The position numbers were made by a program, and so were the translations under genes. A model generated the notes under the pieces. That model did no database searches and was not told where the DNA came from. It saw only the letters and a list, made by a program, of their open reading frames with translations. Positions 28,291 to 37,835 of a DNA stretch of 49,641 nt are shown piece by piece (the first letter of the stretch is position 1; every line of letters begins with the position of its first letter). Origin of the DNA: a virus (taxonomy: Duplodnaviria; Caudoviricetes); the IMG/VR virus record IMGVR_UViG_3300020045_006698, positions 1 to 49,641 of that record. One strand, 5' to 3'.

Positions 28291-28456
28291 TCATTGCAAA
28301 TATAAAATCGTCTGCAATTTGATTATTTACATAATTAGTACCTTTACATAAACTACAAGTTTTATATTCAAAACCTTTAGTTTTTTTAGATTCCATTACT
28401 TCACCTACACCTAAACATTTAGGACATTCTGTTTCATTATTATTTTTCATTTTCAA
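28256..28456 (-). CDS. Small zinc-finger protein (DnaJ-type CxxCxGxG)
   Basis: CPKCLGVG and CSLCKGT. Confidence 0.7.
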   Translation of the reverse strand: MKMKNNNETECPKCLGVGEVMESKKTKGFEYKTCSLCKGTNYVNNQIADDFIFAMNEDNFETNDDW

Positions 28457-28931
28457 TATATTTTTTTAAATCATCAAAATTAAATTCTTTAGTAAGTTCT
28501 AAAGCTCCATAATATTCATTATATCTAGATTTATGATTTGTATATAATACATATTTACCAACAGTATTACAATATTGACCGTTTAATAATTTAAGATTTA
28601 TTAAAGAAACTACAGTAGATATTATATCTTTAAAAGTTATTTCAGGATAATAATATTTAGTAATTAAATATAAATCATGTAGACTTCTTCTTCTATCTTT
28701 ATCACATATATAATTACCATTTTCACTTATTGTTATACAATTAAAATTATAATTATTAAAAAATTCAATAATAAAATCAGAATAAGTTTTATGTAAACTT
28801 ATAATATATTTTTTAGTTAATAAATGAGTATTTTCATGTAAGTTTTCATTATAAGGAATTCTACCATAAGATATTGTTGGTAAATATATTTCATTTTTTT
28901 TGTATTCCACCTTTAATAGATTTTTTTTCAA
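28440..28931 (-). CDS. hypothetical protein (RS..DL paralogue family)
   Basis: RRRSLHDLY.ITKYYYP...YCNTVGKYV. Confidence 0.65.
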   Translation of the reverse strand: MKKNLLKVEYKKNEIYLPTISYGRIPYNENLHENTHLLTKKYIISLHKTYSDFIIEFFNNYNFNCITISENGNYICDKDRRRSLHDLYLITKYYYPEITFKDIISTVVSLINLKLLNGQYCNTVGKYVLYTNHKSRYNEYYGALELTKEFNFDDLKKYIENEK

Positions 28932-29274
28932 TTTCTTTTAAACAATATAAATAAGGATATTTATCTAAATATAATTGATAATTATTAATCCAGTTTTTAA
29001 TATCATTTTTAAGTTTTAAAGCTTTTTTAATAGCTTCTTTTTTAGCTATTTTTTCTGCATTTAAATAATAATATAAATCATATAAATCTTTAATTAAATA
29101 CAAAGGTAATAGTAAAGAAGACAACAATCCTACAATTATACATGAAAATCCCATTAAAGGTACAATTGTTATATTAAGTAAATTTTCTACAAGTCCACTT
29201 TTATATTTACCTCCAAAAAATGATAAATCTTGATGATTATGTTCTAACCATTCATAAAACCATGTTTTTTTCAT
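28891..29274 (-). CDS. hypothetical membrane protein
   Basis: Hydrophobic segment. Confidence 0.6.
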   Translation of the reverse strand: MKKTWFYEWLEHNHQDLSFFGGKYKSGLVENLLNITIVPLMGFSCIIVGLLSSLLLPLYLIKDLYDLYYYLNAEKIAKKEAIKKALKLKNDIKNWINNYQLYLDKYPYLYCLKEIEKKSIKGGIQKK

Positions 29275-29530
29275 TTTCTATTGTTTTTGTTAATTTTTTA
29301 CCAAAATACCAATTAAAATTTATAAAAAAAATACTTAACCATAATTCTTTTTTATAATAATATAGAGATAAAATACCACGAATTGTATAATCTCTATATG
29401 GTGCTGAATATTTATCATATCTTGTTGTTAATATGTTTAATATAAATTCAAATTCTTTAATATTATTATAATAATAACATAAAGAAAATATATCAACATC
29501 TTTTAAGTATTTTTTAATAATTTTGTTCAT
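29252..29530 (-). CDS. hypothetical protein
   Basis: Tiled ORF. Confidence 0.55.
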   Translation of the reverse strand: MNKIIKKYLKDVDIFSLCYYYNNIKEFEFILNILTTRYDKYSAPYRDYTIRGILSLYYYKKELWLSIFFINFNWYFGKKLTKTIENEKNMVL

Positions 29531-29723
29531 ATTTCATTTTTTTTGATTCTTGCTCATAATCTTCTAATTTGTTAATGTCCATATAATCAGCAATTACATG
29601 AATACTATATTCTAAACCTAAATCTTCTTCAATTTTTTCAGCAATAATTATAGGATTAGAAGTTTGATATTCATAAGATACTAAATCTACAGCCATTGCT
29701 AATTGTGAGTATGGTTTTGTCAT
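29514..29723 (-). CDS. hypothetical protein
   Basis: Tiled ORF. Confidence 0.6.
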   Translation of the reverse strand: MTKPYSQLAMAVDLVSYEYQTSNPIIIAEKIEEDLGLEYSIHVIADYMDINKLEDYEQESKKMKYEQNY

Positions 29724-29724
29724 T

Positions 29725-29937
29725 TTAAACTAATTTTAAAATTTCAATATTAGACCATTTATCAACAATACTTTTTTCTCCTAAAAATAATTTATTTCTA
29801 TGTTCAAAAATACAAATTGTATTTGAATTTACATTTTGTTCTTCAAGATCATATCCTCCACAATCAGGTCCTAATAAATCTATTTGTAAATTTTCATCAA
29901 ATTTAGATAAAAATTCTTTATATTCTTTTATTGTCAT
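29725..29937 (-). CDS. hypothetical protein
   Basis: Tiled ORF. Confidence 0.6.
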   Translation of the reverse strand: MTIKEYKEFLSKFDENLQIDLLGPDCGGYDLEEQNVNSNTICIFEHRNKLFLGEKSIVDKWSNIEILKLV

Positions 29938-31854
29938 TTAAAAAAGTTTTAGTTGATTATTATTGTTAAGTTCATCTATTATTTTTTGAACTGATGAGAT
30001 GTAATATTGGTAATTGATTTTGTAATCATACCATTCTTTTTTTTCGTAGTTATTAAAGAGTTTAACACCTTCTCCCACATTAACATGTTGCATTGTACCA
30101 ACACCATGTTTTTGTTTAAATAAATACGGTTCATTTTTGCTAAAATAATATCTATTAAGCTGTTGTTGGATTTTTCCATCATGATACACTATAAAGTCTT
30201 TAGATATTTTGTTAGATTTACAATAATCATATATATGTAAATCATATTTATCCGGGTTAGTAATAAATTCTTTTGGTTCAATACCATTTACATAATAAGC
30301 ATTTAATGCTTTAGCTATTACTTGTTCATTGCAAGAATCTCCTAAAGGTACTTCACGTTTATTATATTCATTAAATGGTAATTTAAACATACCTTTACGT
30401 TTAATAGAACCTGATTCTGTTACAGCTAAATAATTATTTACATTAGAATATATAATTTTAGAATAATTTTCATGTTCTAAATCTAAATTAAAAGATTTAC
30501 ATGTTTCATCTAATAAAAATTCATATTTTTCTAAATCAGTTTTAGGTACAAGTACTTCAATTCCATCAGTATTAGCACTAACTACTTGCCAATTATTTAA
30601 TAAACATACTTCAATACATTTTGTTAAAATTAATTGACCAATAAGTCTTAATTTCATTGCTCCTTCAGGATAATATAACCAAGAATGTTCGTTATCAAGT
30701 AAACCTGATGTTGCATTTAAAATAAGTTTAAGAAAAGTATCTTTAGATTTATTTTTCTCTTTCTTAGCAACTAATCTTTCAGTTTTAACTTGTTTGTATT
30801 TATCTAATACTTCAGGGTATCTAATACATAAATAATTTATAATTAGATTTGGATATAGTGACGCAACATCTGATGTTTTAATTTGTATTAAATCATCTGT
30901 GTAATAACACTCATTGTTATTAACACTATGTAATCCACCAATACCATAAGATAATTTGATAGAAGTGTTATTATGATTTACAATTAAATCTTGACTAAAA
31001 CTATTTGTTGAATTACAAACATCTAACCATAGTTTTTGAAATATAGGTAATTTAAAATTAGGATTAAAATCTTTTAATAATTCACCCAAATATAATATAG
31101 GTTTTTCAAATCGTTTTTTTCTTAATTTACGTTTTTTATTTTCATAAAATTTATAAAAACGATCGTCATCATATGTCCAAGTAGATTTACAATAATCATC
31201 TAATAATGCTTCAGAAGCAATCTTAGGTGCATCCCATGACCAACAATCTAATCCATATTCATTAACAATAGAACCTCTTAATTCTACATCTGGTTCCATT
31301 TCAGTTAATAACATTTCAGTAATACCTAAATCATGTACTTTATTATAATGTCTTAATTTTGGTAAATCTTCAACAGTTAATATAGTATCTGGTTTATAAG
31401 GTAATTCTTGAATTGTGTTGTAACCTAATTGTACAGCTAACGATTTTAATGACATTTTTTTAGATATTCTAAGCATCTTAGACCAATAAGCGAATAAATC
31501 TATAGAGATATATTTCTTTTTATACCATTTTGCTTGTTTAACATCTTTATCATTAAAGTCATCATTAATTACTTTATCAGAAAATTGTTTTAATCTTTTA
31601 CAAACTTCGTTTAAAGGTAAGTGTTTGAAATTATTATAATTTAGAACTAAATGATTTAATACAGCTTCATCATAATGTAAACCATTAAAAGATATTAAAA
31701 ACCCTTTAAAAGTTGTCATATAGTGATAGATTTGTATTAAATCATTATGTTCTTCAGAAAGTTCATAGAATCGTATTTCTTTAGTATTAAAATCTTTAAT
31801 ACCTATACAAAAATAATTCCAATAACATTCTATATCTATTATATTTTTCTCCAT
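29938..31854 (-). CDS. Family B DNA polymerase
   Basis: DIECY and FNGLHYD exonuclease motifs; SDVASLYPN, KLILNATSG, NTDGI. Confidence 0.92.
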   Translation of the reverse strand: MEKNIIDIECYWNYFCIGIKDFNTKEIRFYELSEEHNDLIQIYHYMTTFKGFLISFNGLHYDEAVLNHLVLNYNNFKHLPLNEVCKRLKQFSDKVINDDFNDKDVKQAKWYKKKYISIDLFAYWSKMLRISKKMSLKSLAVQLGYNTIQELPYKPDTILTVEDLPKLRHYNKVHDLGITEMLLTEMEPDVELRGSIVNEYGLDCWSWDAPKIASEALLDDYCKSTWTYDDDRFYKFYENKKRKLRKKRFEKPILYLGELLKDFNPNFKLPIFQKLWLDVCNSTNSFSQDLIVNHNNTSIKLSYGIGGLHSVNNNECYYTDDLIQIKTSDVASLYPNLIINYLCIRYPEVLDKYKQVKTERLVAKKEKNKSKDTFLKLILNATSGLLDNEHSWLYYPEGAMKLRLIGQLILTKCIEVCLLNNWQVVSANTDGIEVLVPKTDLEKYEFLLDETCKSFNLDLEHENYSKIIYSNVNNYLAVTESGSIKRKGMFKLPFNEYNKREVPLGDSCNEQVIAKALNAYYVNGIEPKEFITNPDKYDLHIYDYCKSNKISKDFIVYHDGKIQQQLNRYYFSKNEPYLFKQKHGVGTMQHVNVGEGVKLFNNYEKKEWYDYKINYQYYISSVQKIIDELNNNNQLKLF

Positions 31855-31855
31855 T

Positions 31856-32248
31856 TTATATTAAATATTTTTTAAAATTAATATTTAACTCTACATTTTT
31901 AGGAGAATTTATAAATAATGGTGCAATTTCTTCTATTTTAAAACCTGCTAACCCGCAACTTAATTCACATACATAAAATTCTAAATAAGGTCTATTTATT
32001 GCAAAATCAATAAACTCATCAACTTGTTGTTTAATTGAATCTAATGAAACACTTCTTATACCTTTTTTTAAATCTTTTGTTATAATAGCATAACTATTAC
32101 CTTGTAAACCTTTAGATTGTCCATATTTAGCACCATGTTTTAATTTAGCTTCTAATGCTGCACCTTTACCGTGTCTACCTTCAGTATTACTACCAAATAC
32201 AAATATTTTATTTGTATTCATCCATATATTTAATTTAAAGTGAGTCAT
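31856..32248 (-). CDS. Macrodomain-like phage protein
   Basis: IFVFGSN..GRHGKGAA, SYAI.T, CGLAG; start probably 32221. Confidence 0.55.
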   Translation of the reverse strand: MTHFKLNIWMNTNKIFVFGSNTEGRHGKGAALEAKLKHGAKYGQSKGLQGNSYAIITKDLKKGIRSVSLDSIKQQVDEFIDFAINRPYLEFYVCELSCGLAGFKIEEIAPLFINSPKNVELNINFKKYLI

Positions 32249-32341
32249 ACTTTAAATAATGGATTTAAAAGAAATAATTAGGCTAACAGCCGTCTGTTAT
32301 TTACTTTTTTCTATGGAACAGTACCTAATTATTAAATTATT

Positions 32342-32731
32342 TTACTTCCAAGTTATTAATGTACAATGTTTATTTTTAAAATCTAAATACCATTGTTTAA
32401 TTAATGATTTCTTTTTAGGTTTATATTTATATGGTTTATTTTCATAATAGACTATTGTTTTATATATAATAAATAGTATTACAAATAACAACCAAAAAGA
32501 TAAACCAAGAAGTTGAAATCCACTTAATATACTTTTTGAATCAAATTTACTCCAAAATAATGCTATTGGGGAAACTAAAAATATAAGTAATAAACTAGAG
32601 GTTATAAAAAGAAAAATAGTAATAAATATTGCCTTTAATATTCCAGCTCTATATTCACATGAATTACTTGGATAAGAATCATTATAGTTTAAATAAAATT
32701 TTATCCATTTTGAATTTTTATTTAATTCCAT
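32342..32731 (-). CDS. hypothetical membrane protein
   Basis: Two hydrophobic helices. Confidence 0.65.
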   Translation of the reverse strand: MELNKNSKWIKFYLNYNDSYPSNSCEYRAGILKAIFITIFLFITSSLLLIFLVSPIALFWSKFDSKSILSGFQLLGLSFWLLFVILFIIYKTIVYYENKPYKYKPKKKSLIKQWYLDFKNKHCTLITWK

Positions 32732-32893
32732 TTTTAATTTTTAAATATTTAAATAATATGTTTTTTCTACCAAAATCACTTGTTGATAATTTATTACTTG
32801 GTGTTACTAATAAATAGATTAAATGTCCTATAAATCCTAAAAAGAAAATGATGGCTACTATTAAAATAACCATCATTATAATATTAATAAACA

Positions 32894-33334
32894 TTATTCT
32901 TCAGTTTCTTCTTCTGCAGATTCTACAACAGCTTCTTCTGCTGCTTGAAATGCAGTATAATATTCTTTAGATAAAGAATCAATACCATCAATTTTAGCAA
33001 ATAATTTTGCAGCAGTAGTATTAAATTCTTTCTTTTTAGCAACTTCTAAAGCATCTAATTTTCTACGTTCTTCATTTAAAGTATTGTTTAAAACAACATG
33101 ACCTTTAAGTAATGCTTTTAATTCTTCTTTAACTTCTTTAGCAGTAGCTTCAGATTCTTCTTTAAACAATTCTTGTACTAAAGATTGTACTGAATCTTGT
33201 TTAATTTTTCTAACAGGTTTTAAGTTTTCAGGACCTTGAACAACAGCTGTTAATTTTTTTATCGTTTGTTCAAAATTAGCTAATACTTTTTTAGATTCTT
33301 TACCTTGATCTGAATTATTTTCTTGTGTATTCAT
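32894..33334 (-). CDS. hypothetical coiled-coil protein
   Basis: Helical, acidic tail. Confidence 0.7.
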   Translation of the reverse strand: MNTQENNSDQGKESKKVLANFEQTIKKLTAVVQGPENLKPVRKIKQDSVQSLVQELFKEESEATAKEVKEELKALLKGHVVLNNTLNEERRKLDALEVAKKKEFNTTAAKLFAKIDGIDSLSKEYYTAFQAAEEAVVESAEEETEE

Positions 33335-33336
33335 TT

Positions 33337-33771
33337 TTATTTAAATTTAATTTTTTCTAATTTGTCATAATCAATTAAAGAAGATATATTGACAGTTTGT
33401 GATTTTTTAATTGTAGTAAAAGTATTTAATTCTGAAAATTTTAAAATATCCATATTTTGAAGAACTTTATTTAATTTTTCAATATAAATAGATGGTTTTT
33501 CATTTAAACTACAATTTAAATCAATATTTATTAATAAATAATTATTAATAGTAACTAAAGGATGATATCTTTTAACATATCTATTATACGCACTATATCC
33601 AAATTTATGTTTAAAAAATCTAGCAAGATAACTTCTAAATAAAGATGTTTTATCATCATATCCTATAATTTTATTATTTTCTTTCCAATTTTTTAATACA
33701 CGATTACATTCAATAATTGTGTTTTCAATAATGTATTTAAAATTATCATCATTGAGTAATTGACCGTCCAT
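33337..33771 (-). CDS. hypothetical protein
   Basis: Tiled ORF. Confidence 0.6.
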   Translation of the reverse strand: MDGQLLNDDNFKYIIENTIIECNRVLKNWKENNKIIGYDDKTSLFRSYLARFFKHKFGYSAYNRYVKRYHPLVTINNYLLINIDLNCSLNEKPSIYIEKLNKVLQNMDILKFSELNTFTTIKKSQTVNISSLIDYDKLEKIKFK

Positions 33772-33779
33772 AATAAATA

Positions 33780-33950
33780 TTATACTTCAAATTTAAATGC
33801 ACCCATATCATGAGCAGTATCTTCAAATACTTTCATAATTTGTTGTTGAGAACGTAAACGTCCTTTATCATCACGTAATATTGCATTACCAATATTACTT
33901 ACTTGTTTACCACCATCTTCAAAATGATATGTAACTGTTGTTAATTCCAT
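33780..33950 (-). CDS. small hypothetical protein (56 aa)
   Basis: MELTTVTYHFEDGGKQV...; fills the gap exactly. Confidence 0.55.
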   Translation of the reverse strand: MELTTVTYHFEDGGKQVSNIGNAILRDDKGRLRSQQQIMKVFEDTAHDMGAFKFEV

Positions 33951-33952
33951 AA

Positions 33953-34231
33953 TTAATAAGCTAATTTTTGTTTAGATTGTTTACATGTATTACCGAATTG
34001 TTTCCATAGTTCACCAACAATTGGTTTAGGAAAAATATTATTATCCATAACATGATTCATAAGTTTTTTGAATGCATATTTTCTTCCTACAATTTTTTCT
34101 GGTTTATCACCGTGACGAAGTTTAACTTCTCTTGAAGCTATTTCTTCATTTGTTTCTACATTTTTAGCTATAGCTACTGTAGTTCCATTTTCTTCGTATT
34201 TAAAAAATACTTTTACATTTTCTGCTTTCAT
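33953..34231 (-). CDS. hypothetical protein
   Basis: Tiled ORF. Confidence 0.65.
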   Translation of the reverse strand: MKAENVKVFFKYEENGTTVAIAKNVETNEEIASREVKLRHGDKPEKIVGRKYAFKKLMNHVMDNNIFPKPIVGELWKQFGNTCKQSKQKLAY

Positions 34232-34237
34232 AATTGT

Positions 34238-34714
34238 TTATTTATTAATTGTTTTTATTTTGTTTTTTTTAATATATTCTTTAAAATCTTTTTCATTAAA
34301 TATACCTAAAGGTTCTAATAATTGTCCCCAAGTATATATAGATTTTCTCATTTTTTCATTAATACTACTATAACTTGAAGTATGGTAAGGTATATATCTA
34401 ATTTTACTCATTCCTTCACAAATTCCTAAATGAGGTTTGGTTATATTATTATTACTTATTGGTATTTTTAATATTAATAAATAATGCATTAATTTTATAT
34501 GTGAAATTGAAGGATAATAAGTTTGCACTAATTCTAATAAATCATCAAAACTTCTCCATTTTCTATCATTTTGTATATTTTTACATTCTTTATCGTAATA
34601 AGTATAATAACCTATTGCGTAATCACTTCTTTCTCTATTATAATAAAATTGTTCTAAGAATTTTAATACACTTTTAGGTCGTTTTTCTTCTGCAAATTTT
34701 ACATATATAGCCAT
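34238..34714 (-). CDS. hypothetical protein (RS..DL paralogue family)
   Basis: TYYDKECKNIQ...RSFDDLLELVQTYYP...ICEGMSK. Confidence 0.7.
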   Translation of the reverse strand: MAIYVKFAEEKRPKSVLKFLEQFYYNRERSDYAIGYYTYYDKECKNIQNDRKWRSFDDLLELVQTYYPSISHIKLMHYLLILKIPISNNNITKPHLGICEGMSKIRYIPYHTSSYSSINEKMRKSIYTWGQLLEPLGIFNEKDFKEYIKKNKIKTINK

Positions 34715-35202
34715 TAATTAAAATTTTGATTTACTACTAATGGATCTGAAGCTTCATCTAAAAATAATTTAGCTTCTTTTTCAGTTTTAAAAGATTTATA
34801 ACATCTTTTTTTATTATTTTTCATAGGTTTTTGTACAATCCATTTGTTTTTAGAATTAGAATAATGTATATATAAATAGTTACTAGAAGTATTCATTAAC
34901 ATTCTTTTATGTATTTGATTATACTTATTTGTACACCATTCTAAATTCCAATGATTATTATTAAGTTTATTTTTATCAATATGATTAATTTGAGGTAGAT
35001 TATTAGGATTTTCAATAAAATTTAAACCAACTAATCTATGTATAAATAAATTACAAGTTTTTTTATTTTCATCACGTAATCTAATAACTAAATAACCATA
35101 TTTATCAATTGTTGATTTTAAAAATTTTTTTGTTTTAGTAGAATATATTCTACCATTATTTGATACAAAATAATTATTAAAACCATTTATTCTTTTCCAC
35201 AT
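34714..35202 (-). CDS. NUMOD4-HNH homing endonuclease
   Basis: WKRI.GF..Y.VSN.GRI, IHRLV, INHID.NK.NN...NLEW. Confidence 0.88.
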   Translation of the reverse strand: MWKRINGFNNYFVSNNGRIYSTKTKKFLKSTIDKYGYLVIRLRDENKKTCNLFIHRLVGLNFIENPNNLPQINHIDKNKLNNNHWNLEWCTNKYNQIHKRMLMNTSSNYLYIHYSNSKNKWIVQKPMKNNKKRCYKSFKTEKEAKLFLDEASDPLVVNQNFN

Positions 35203-36113
35203 TAATTTTGTATTTCATTAAATACTAAAGGATCATATTGTTCATCTCCCCATGCTGTTAATATAAGATATCCGCCTTTAACAGGTTGTAATACTACAGG
35301 ATCTGGTATAAATTTCTTTTCAAGTTTATAACCTTCAGTAAGTTCTAAACCTTTAATATCCATATCTTTAACTGGAGCACAAATTTTAAGTTTTTTATTT
35401 AAAACTTCAATTCTTAAATGTCCTTTAGATTTTAAATTAAAAGCATTACTACGGTCTGTTCCATAAAAATAACCATCAGCAACTAAACTATAATCAGATT
35501 GTTGAAATGAAAAATTATCAGTTCCTTTAATGAATAAATGATGATAATCTCTATTAGATCTAATTTCTATATTTTTAGCTGAAAATTCTCCTAGATTTAT
35601 TCCATCTTTAAAAACATTGATACGTGTAATATCATTCTCGTTTTCTTTTAATTTAAAATTAACAATTTCATTAACATTTTTTTCAGGTACAAATCCTTTA
35701 AACCTATCAACATCTCCACAAACTAAATTATATTTATGACAAATAGTTTTAACTTGTTCTTCTGTAATAAATTTATTAAATGGATAATTTTGTTGATAAT
35801 AATTAACTAATTCAATTTGTTCTTTAGACATTTCTGTTTTAGCAATTATTTTATTACCTTCTTGAACTTCTTGTACTTGTTTAAATCCTAAATTTTTTAA
35901 TAAATTAATTTTAGATTCATTAACTTTAGGTTGAGAATTAATAATATTATTAGCCTCATCTAATAATTTTTCAGCAGCTGTTTCAAATTCATGATGAATT
36001 TCTAACACTTCTTTAGGATAATTTTTTACTGAATTTGTAATTACATTATTAATTTCACTTTTAGGTTCGTCAATAACAATTATCGCAGGTTTTCTTTTAA
36101 ATATACTAAGCAT
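35202..36113 (-). CDS. hypothetical phage protein
   Basis: 303 aa; C-terminal DPVVLQPV.GGYLI.TAWGDE. Confidence 0.75.
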   Translation of the reverse strand: MLSIFKRKPAIIVIDEPKSEINNVITNSVKNYPKEVLEIHHEFETAAEKLLDEANNIINSQPKVNESKINLLKNLGFKQVQEVQEGNKIIAKTEMSKEQIELVNYYQQNYPFNKFITEEQVKTICHKYNLVCGDVDRFKGFVPEKNVNEIVNFKLKENENDITRINVFKDGINLGEFSAKNIEIRSNRDYHHLFIKGTDNFSFQQSDYSLVADGYFYGTDRSNAFNLKSKGHLRIEVLNKKLKICAPVKDMDIKGLELTEGYKLEKKFIPDPVVLQPVKGGYLILTAWGDEQYDPLVFNEIQN

Positions 36114-36158
36114 AATTTATTGTTTTAATTTTTGTTTTACTAATTTTTTTAAATAAAA

Positions 36159-36180
36159 AAAGAGCTAATTAAAGCTCTTT
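36159..36180 (-). terminator. Terminator-like hairpin overlapping the HEG stop
   Basis: AAAGAGCT/AGCTCTTT followed by T run. Confidence 0.55.
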
Positions 36181-36927
36181 ATATTTCCATATATAATTAT
36201 ATGATGTTTTTGAGATATTTTTACAACAATTTGTTATACTTGAATTATTATAACCTAATTCTTTTTTAACATCTGTTGCACTATCCCATTCTTTAATAAA
36301 ATTGTTATTTAAATCATATTGTAATATTGGTTTTTTATTAAAAATAATAGGTTTATAATTATCGTATTTAATATATGACCAACTATAACCTTTAACAGAA
36401 TTATTTTTACCTCTGGCACAATATGCAATAGAGCCAGGTGTACAATTAACAGTTAATGATGCTTGAGTACAATTATTAAAAATTTCTAATAATTCACCAG
36501 TTTCTAATGAATATTTATATACTTTTTTTAATTTAGGACTAAATCTTTTATTCTCAGTATATTCTTTTTTAATTCTTAAACTTAACGCTTCACATTGTTC
36601 TTTTGAATGTTTATAACCATTTATACCTTCACCACCATCTGTAAGATTTAAACCTGTTTTATTTTTAGATCTATTACACTTATAAAAGTTTATATAATAT
36701 CTTTCTAAATAAGATAATAATTCATCATTATCAATATCTTTAGATAATATTTCTCTTTTAAAAATATCTTTATTATAATTTTTAAGAATATTTTTTATAA
36801 TTTTACCACTACCAAAATATTCTTTTTTAATACCGTTATGTTTTCCAACATAAATTTCTCCTTTTTTAAATTCTAGAGTATCTTGCAATAACTCTAATTT
36901 ATACACATATCCGTACATTTTAATCAT
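36169..36927 (-). CDS. Free-standing GIY-YIG (Seg-like) homing endonuclease
   Basis: GYVY...YVGKH, YFGSG, E, NLTDGGEG; two NUMOD1-like repeats. Confidence 0.85.
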   Translation of the reverse strand: MIKMYGYVYKLELLQDTLEFKKGEIYVGKHNGIKKEYFGSGKIIKNILKNYNKDIFKREILSKDIDNDELLSYLERYYINFYKCNRSKNKTGLNLTDGGEGINGYKHSKEQCEALSLRIKKEYTENKRFSPKLKKVYKYSLETGELLEIFNNCTQASLTVNCTPGSIAYCARGKNNSVKGYSWSYIKYDNYKPIIFNKKPILQYDLNNNFIKEWDSATDVKKELGYNNSSITNCCKNISKTSYNYIWKYKEL

Positions 36928-36941
36928 TTTAATTAATAGTA

Positions 36942-36973
36942 CAAATATACGAAATTTTTATTTAAAAAACAAG
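36942..36973 (-). promoter_or_regulatory. Bacteroidota sigma-type promoter
   Basis: CTTG-N20-TATATTTG upstream of the HEG. Confidence 0.7.
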
Positions 36974-37210
36974 TTTTTAAGGTATTATTTTATTAAAAAA
37001 TAATTAATTTATACTTTTTCATGATGCTATTGTTTCATGATTCATCCAACCATCTCTATCCATAACATCTAAATAATGTTCTTCTTTATTTTTCATAATA
37101 TTTATTTTTAATGATTAAAAAATTTGAGCTACTCATGACGTTTGACGACTCTTTCACTCAAATTTTCAACTTAACTAACTAATCTATTACACATTATGAA
37201 AGTATAATAG

Positions 37211-37296
37211 TTGTGAAGGTGGGATTCGAACCCTACATTGTCTAACTTTAAGAGTTAGTGTCTTACCAATGGATTCACACCTTAGACGACTTCACG
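37211..37296 (-). tRNA. Aberrant tRNA-like element (expanded D loop, nominal UUA anticodon)
   Basis: GTGAAG/CTTCAC, GTCT/AGAC, CTAAC-TCTTAAA-GTTAG, GGG-TTCGAAT-CCC. Confidence 0.6.
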
Positions 37297-37368
37297 TGGT
37301 GTTTTAAAGCTATGGGTTCTCATCCCATTCATACAAATGACTTTTCTAAATAGTCTTTAAAACGAAGT

Positions 37369-37438
37369 GATAAATTAGTGAAGGGAATCGAACCCAACAT
37401 ATCAGAATAGCTTTACACTTAAGCTTAACTAATTTATC
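37369..37438 (-). ncRNA. tRNA-like element lacking an anticodon arm
   Basis: 11-bp closing stem, AGCTT/AAGCT D-like arm, GGG-TTCGATT-CCC T-like arm. Confidence 0.5.
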
Positions 37439-37511
37439 TATTTGTAAGCGATGCTCAGTATGACCCTTCTCTTCTCACTATGCAAATTGCCGGTTATGCT
37501 TCCGATAAAAT

Positions 37512-37835
37512 TTATTTACAACCACATGAATCATCATTAGGATCTTCATTGTGATTTTCAGGATATTGAGTACTATAAAATGTAACTTCTGGCTTCTTCA
37601 AAGTATCTATTTCTTTATAAGTAAAAGGAATAATTCCTCTTTTCTTAACAATACTATATTTAACTTCCTTATAATAATGTACAATTTTATTGTAATATTT
37701 AATATGTTTTTTAGATTGAACATTATTTAAAGGTTTTTCAATTGTATGATATTGAATATCTTCACTTTTTAAAAACCAACCAAAAGATATTAAAATTAAT
37801 CCTAAACAAAATATATAATATTTTACATTTTCCAT
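37512..37835 (-). CDS. hypothetical protein with N-terminal TM helix
   Basis: ORF. Confidence 0.6.
   Translation of the reverse strand: MENVKYYIFCLGLILISFGWFLKSEDIQYHTIEKPLNNVQSKKHIKYYNKIVHYYKEVKYSIVKKRGIIPFTYKEIDTLKKPEVTFYSTQYPENHNEDPNDDSCGCK

Noticed and set aside
5144-31854. Inteins in RNR, helicases or PolB
   Set aside because: Protein lengths are compact, and no C...HN-C/S/T intein boundaries or LAGLIDADG blocks were seen.
27078-37296. Dedicated ochre suppression of the 27078 TAA by the UUA tRNA-like element
   Set aside because: TAA ends most genes, and the RNA lacks U33 and has other defects; coincidence or base error is simpler.
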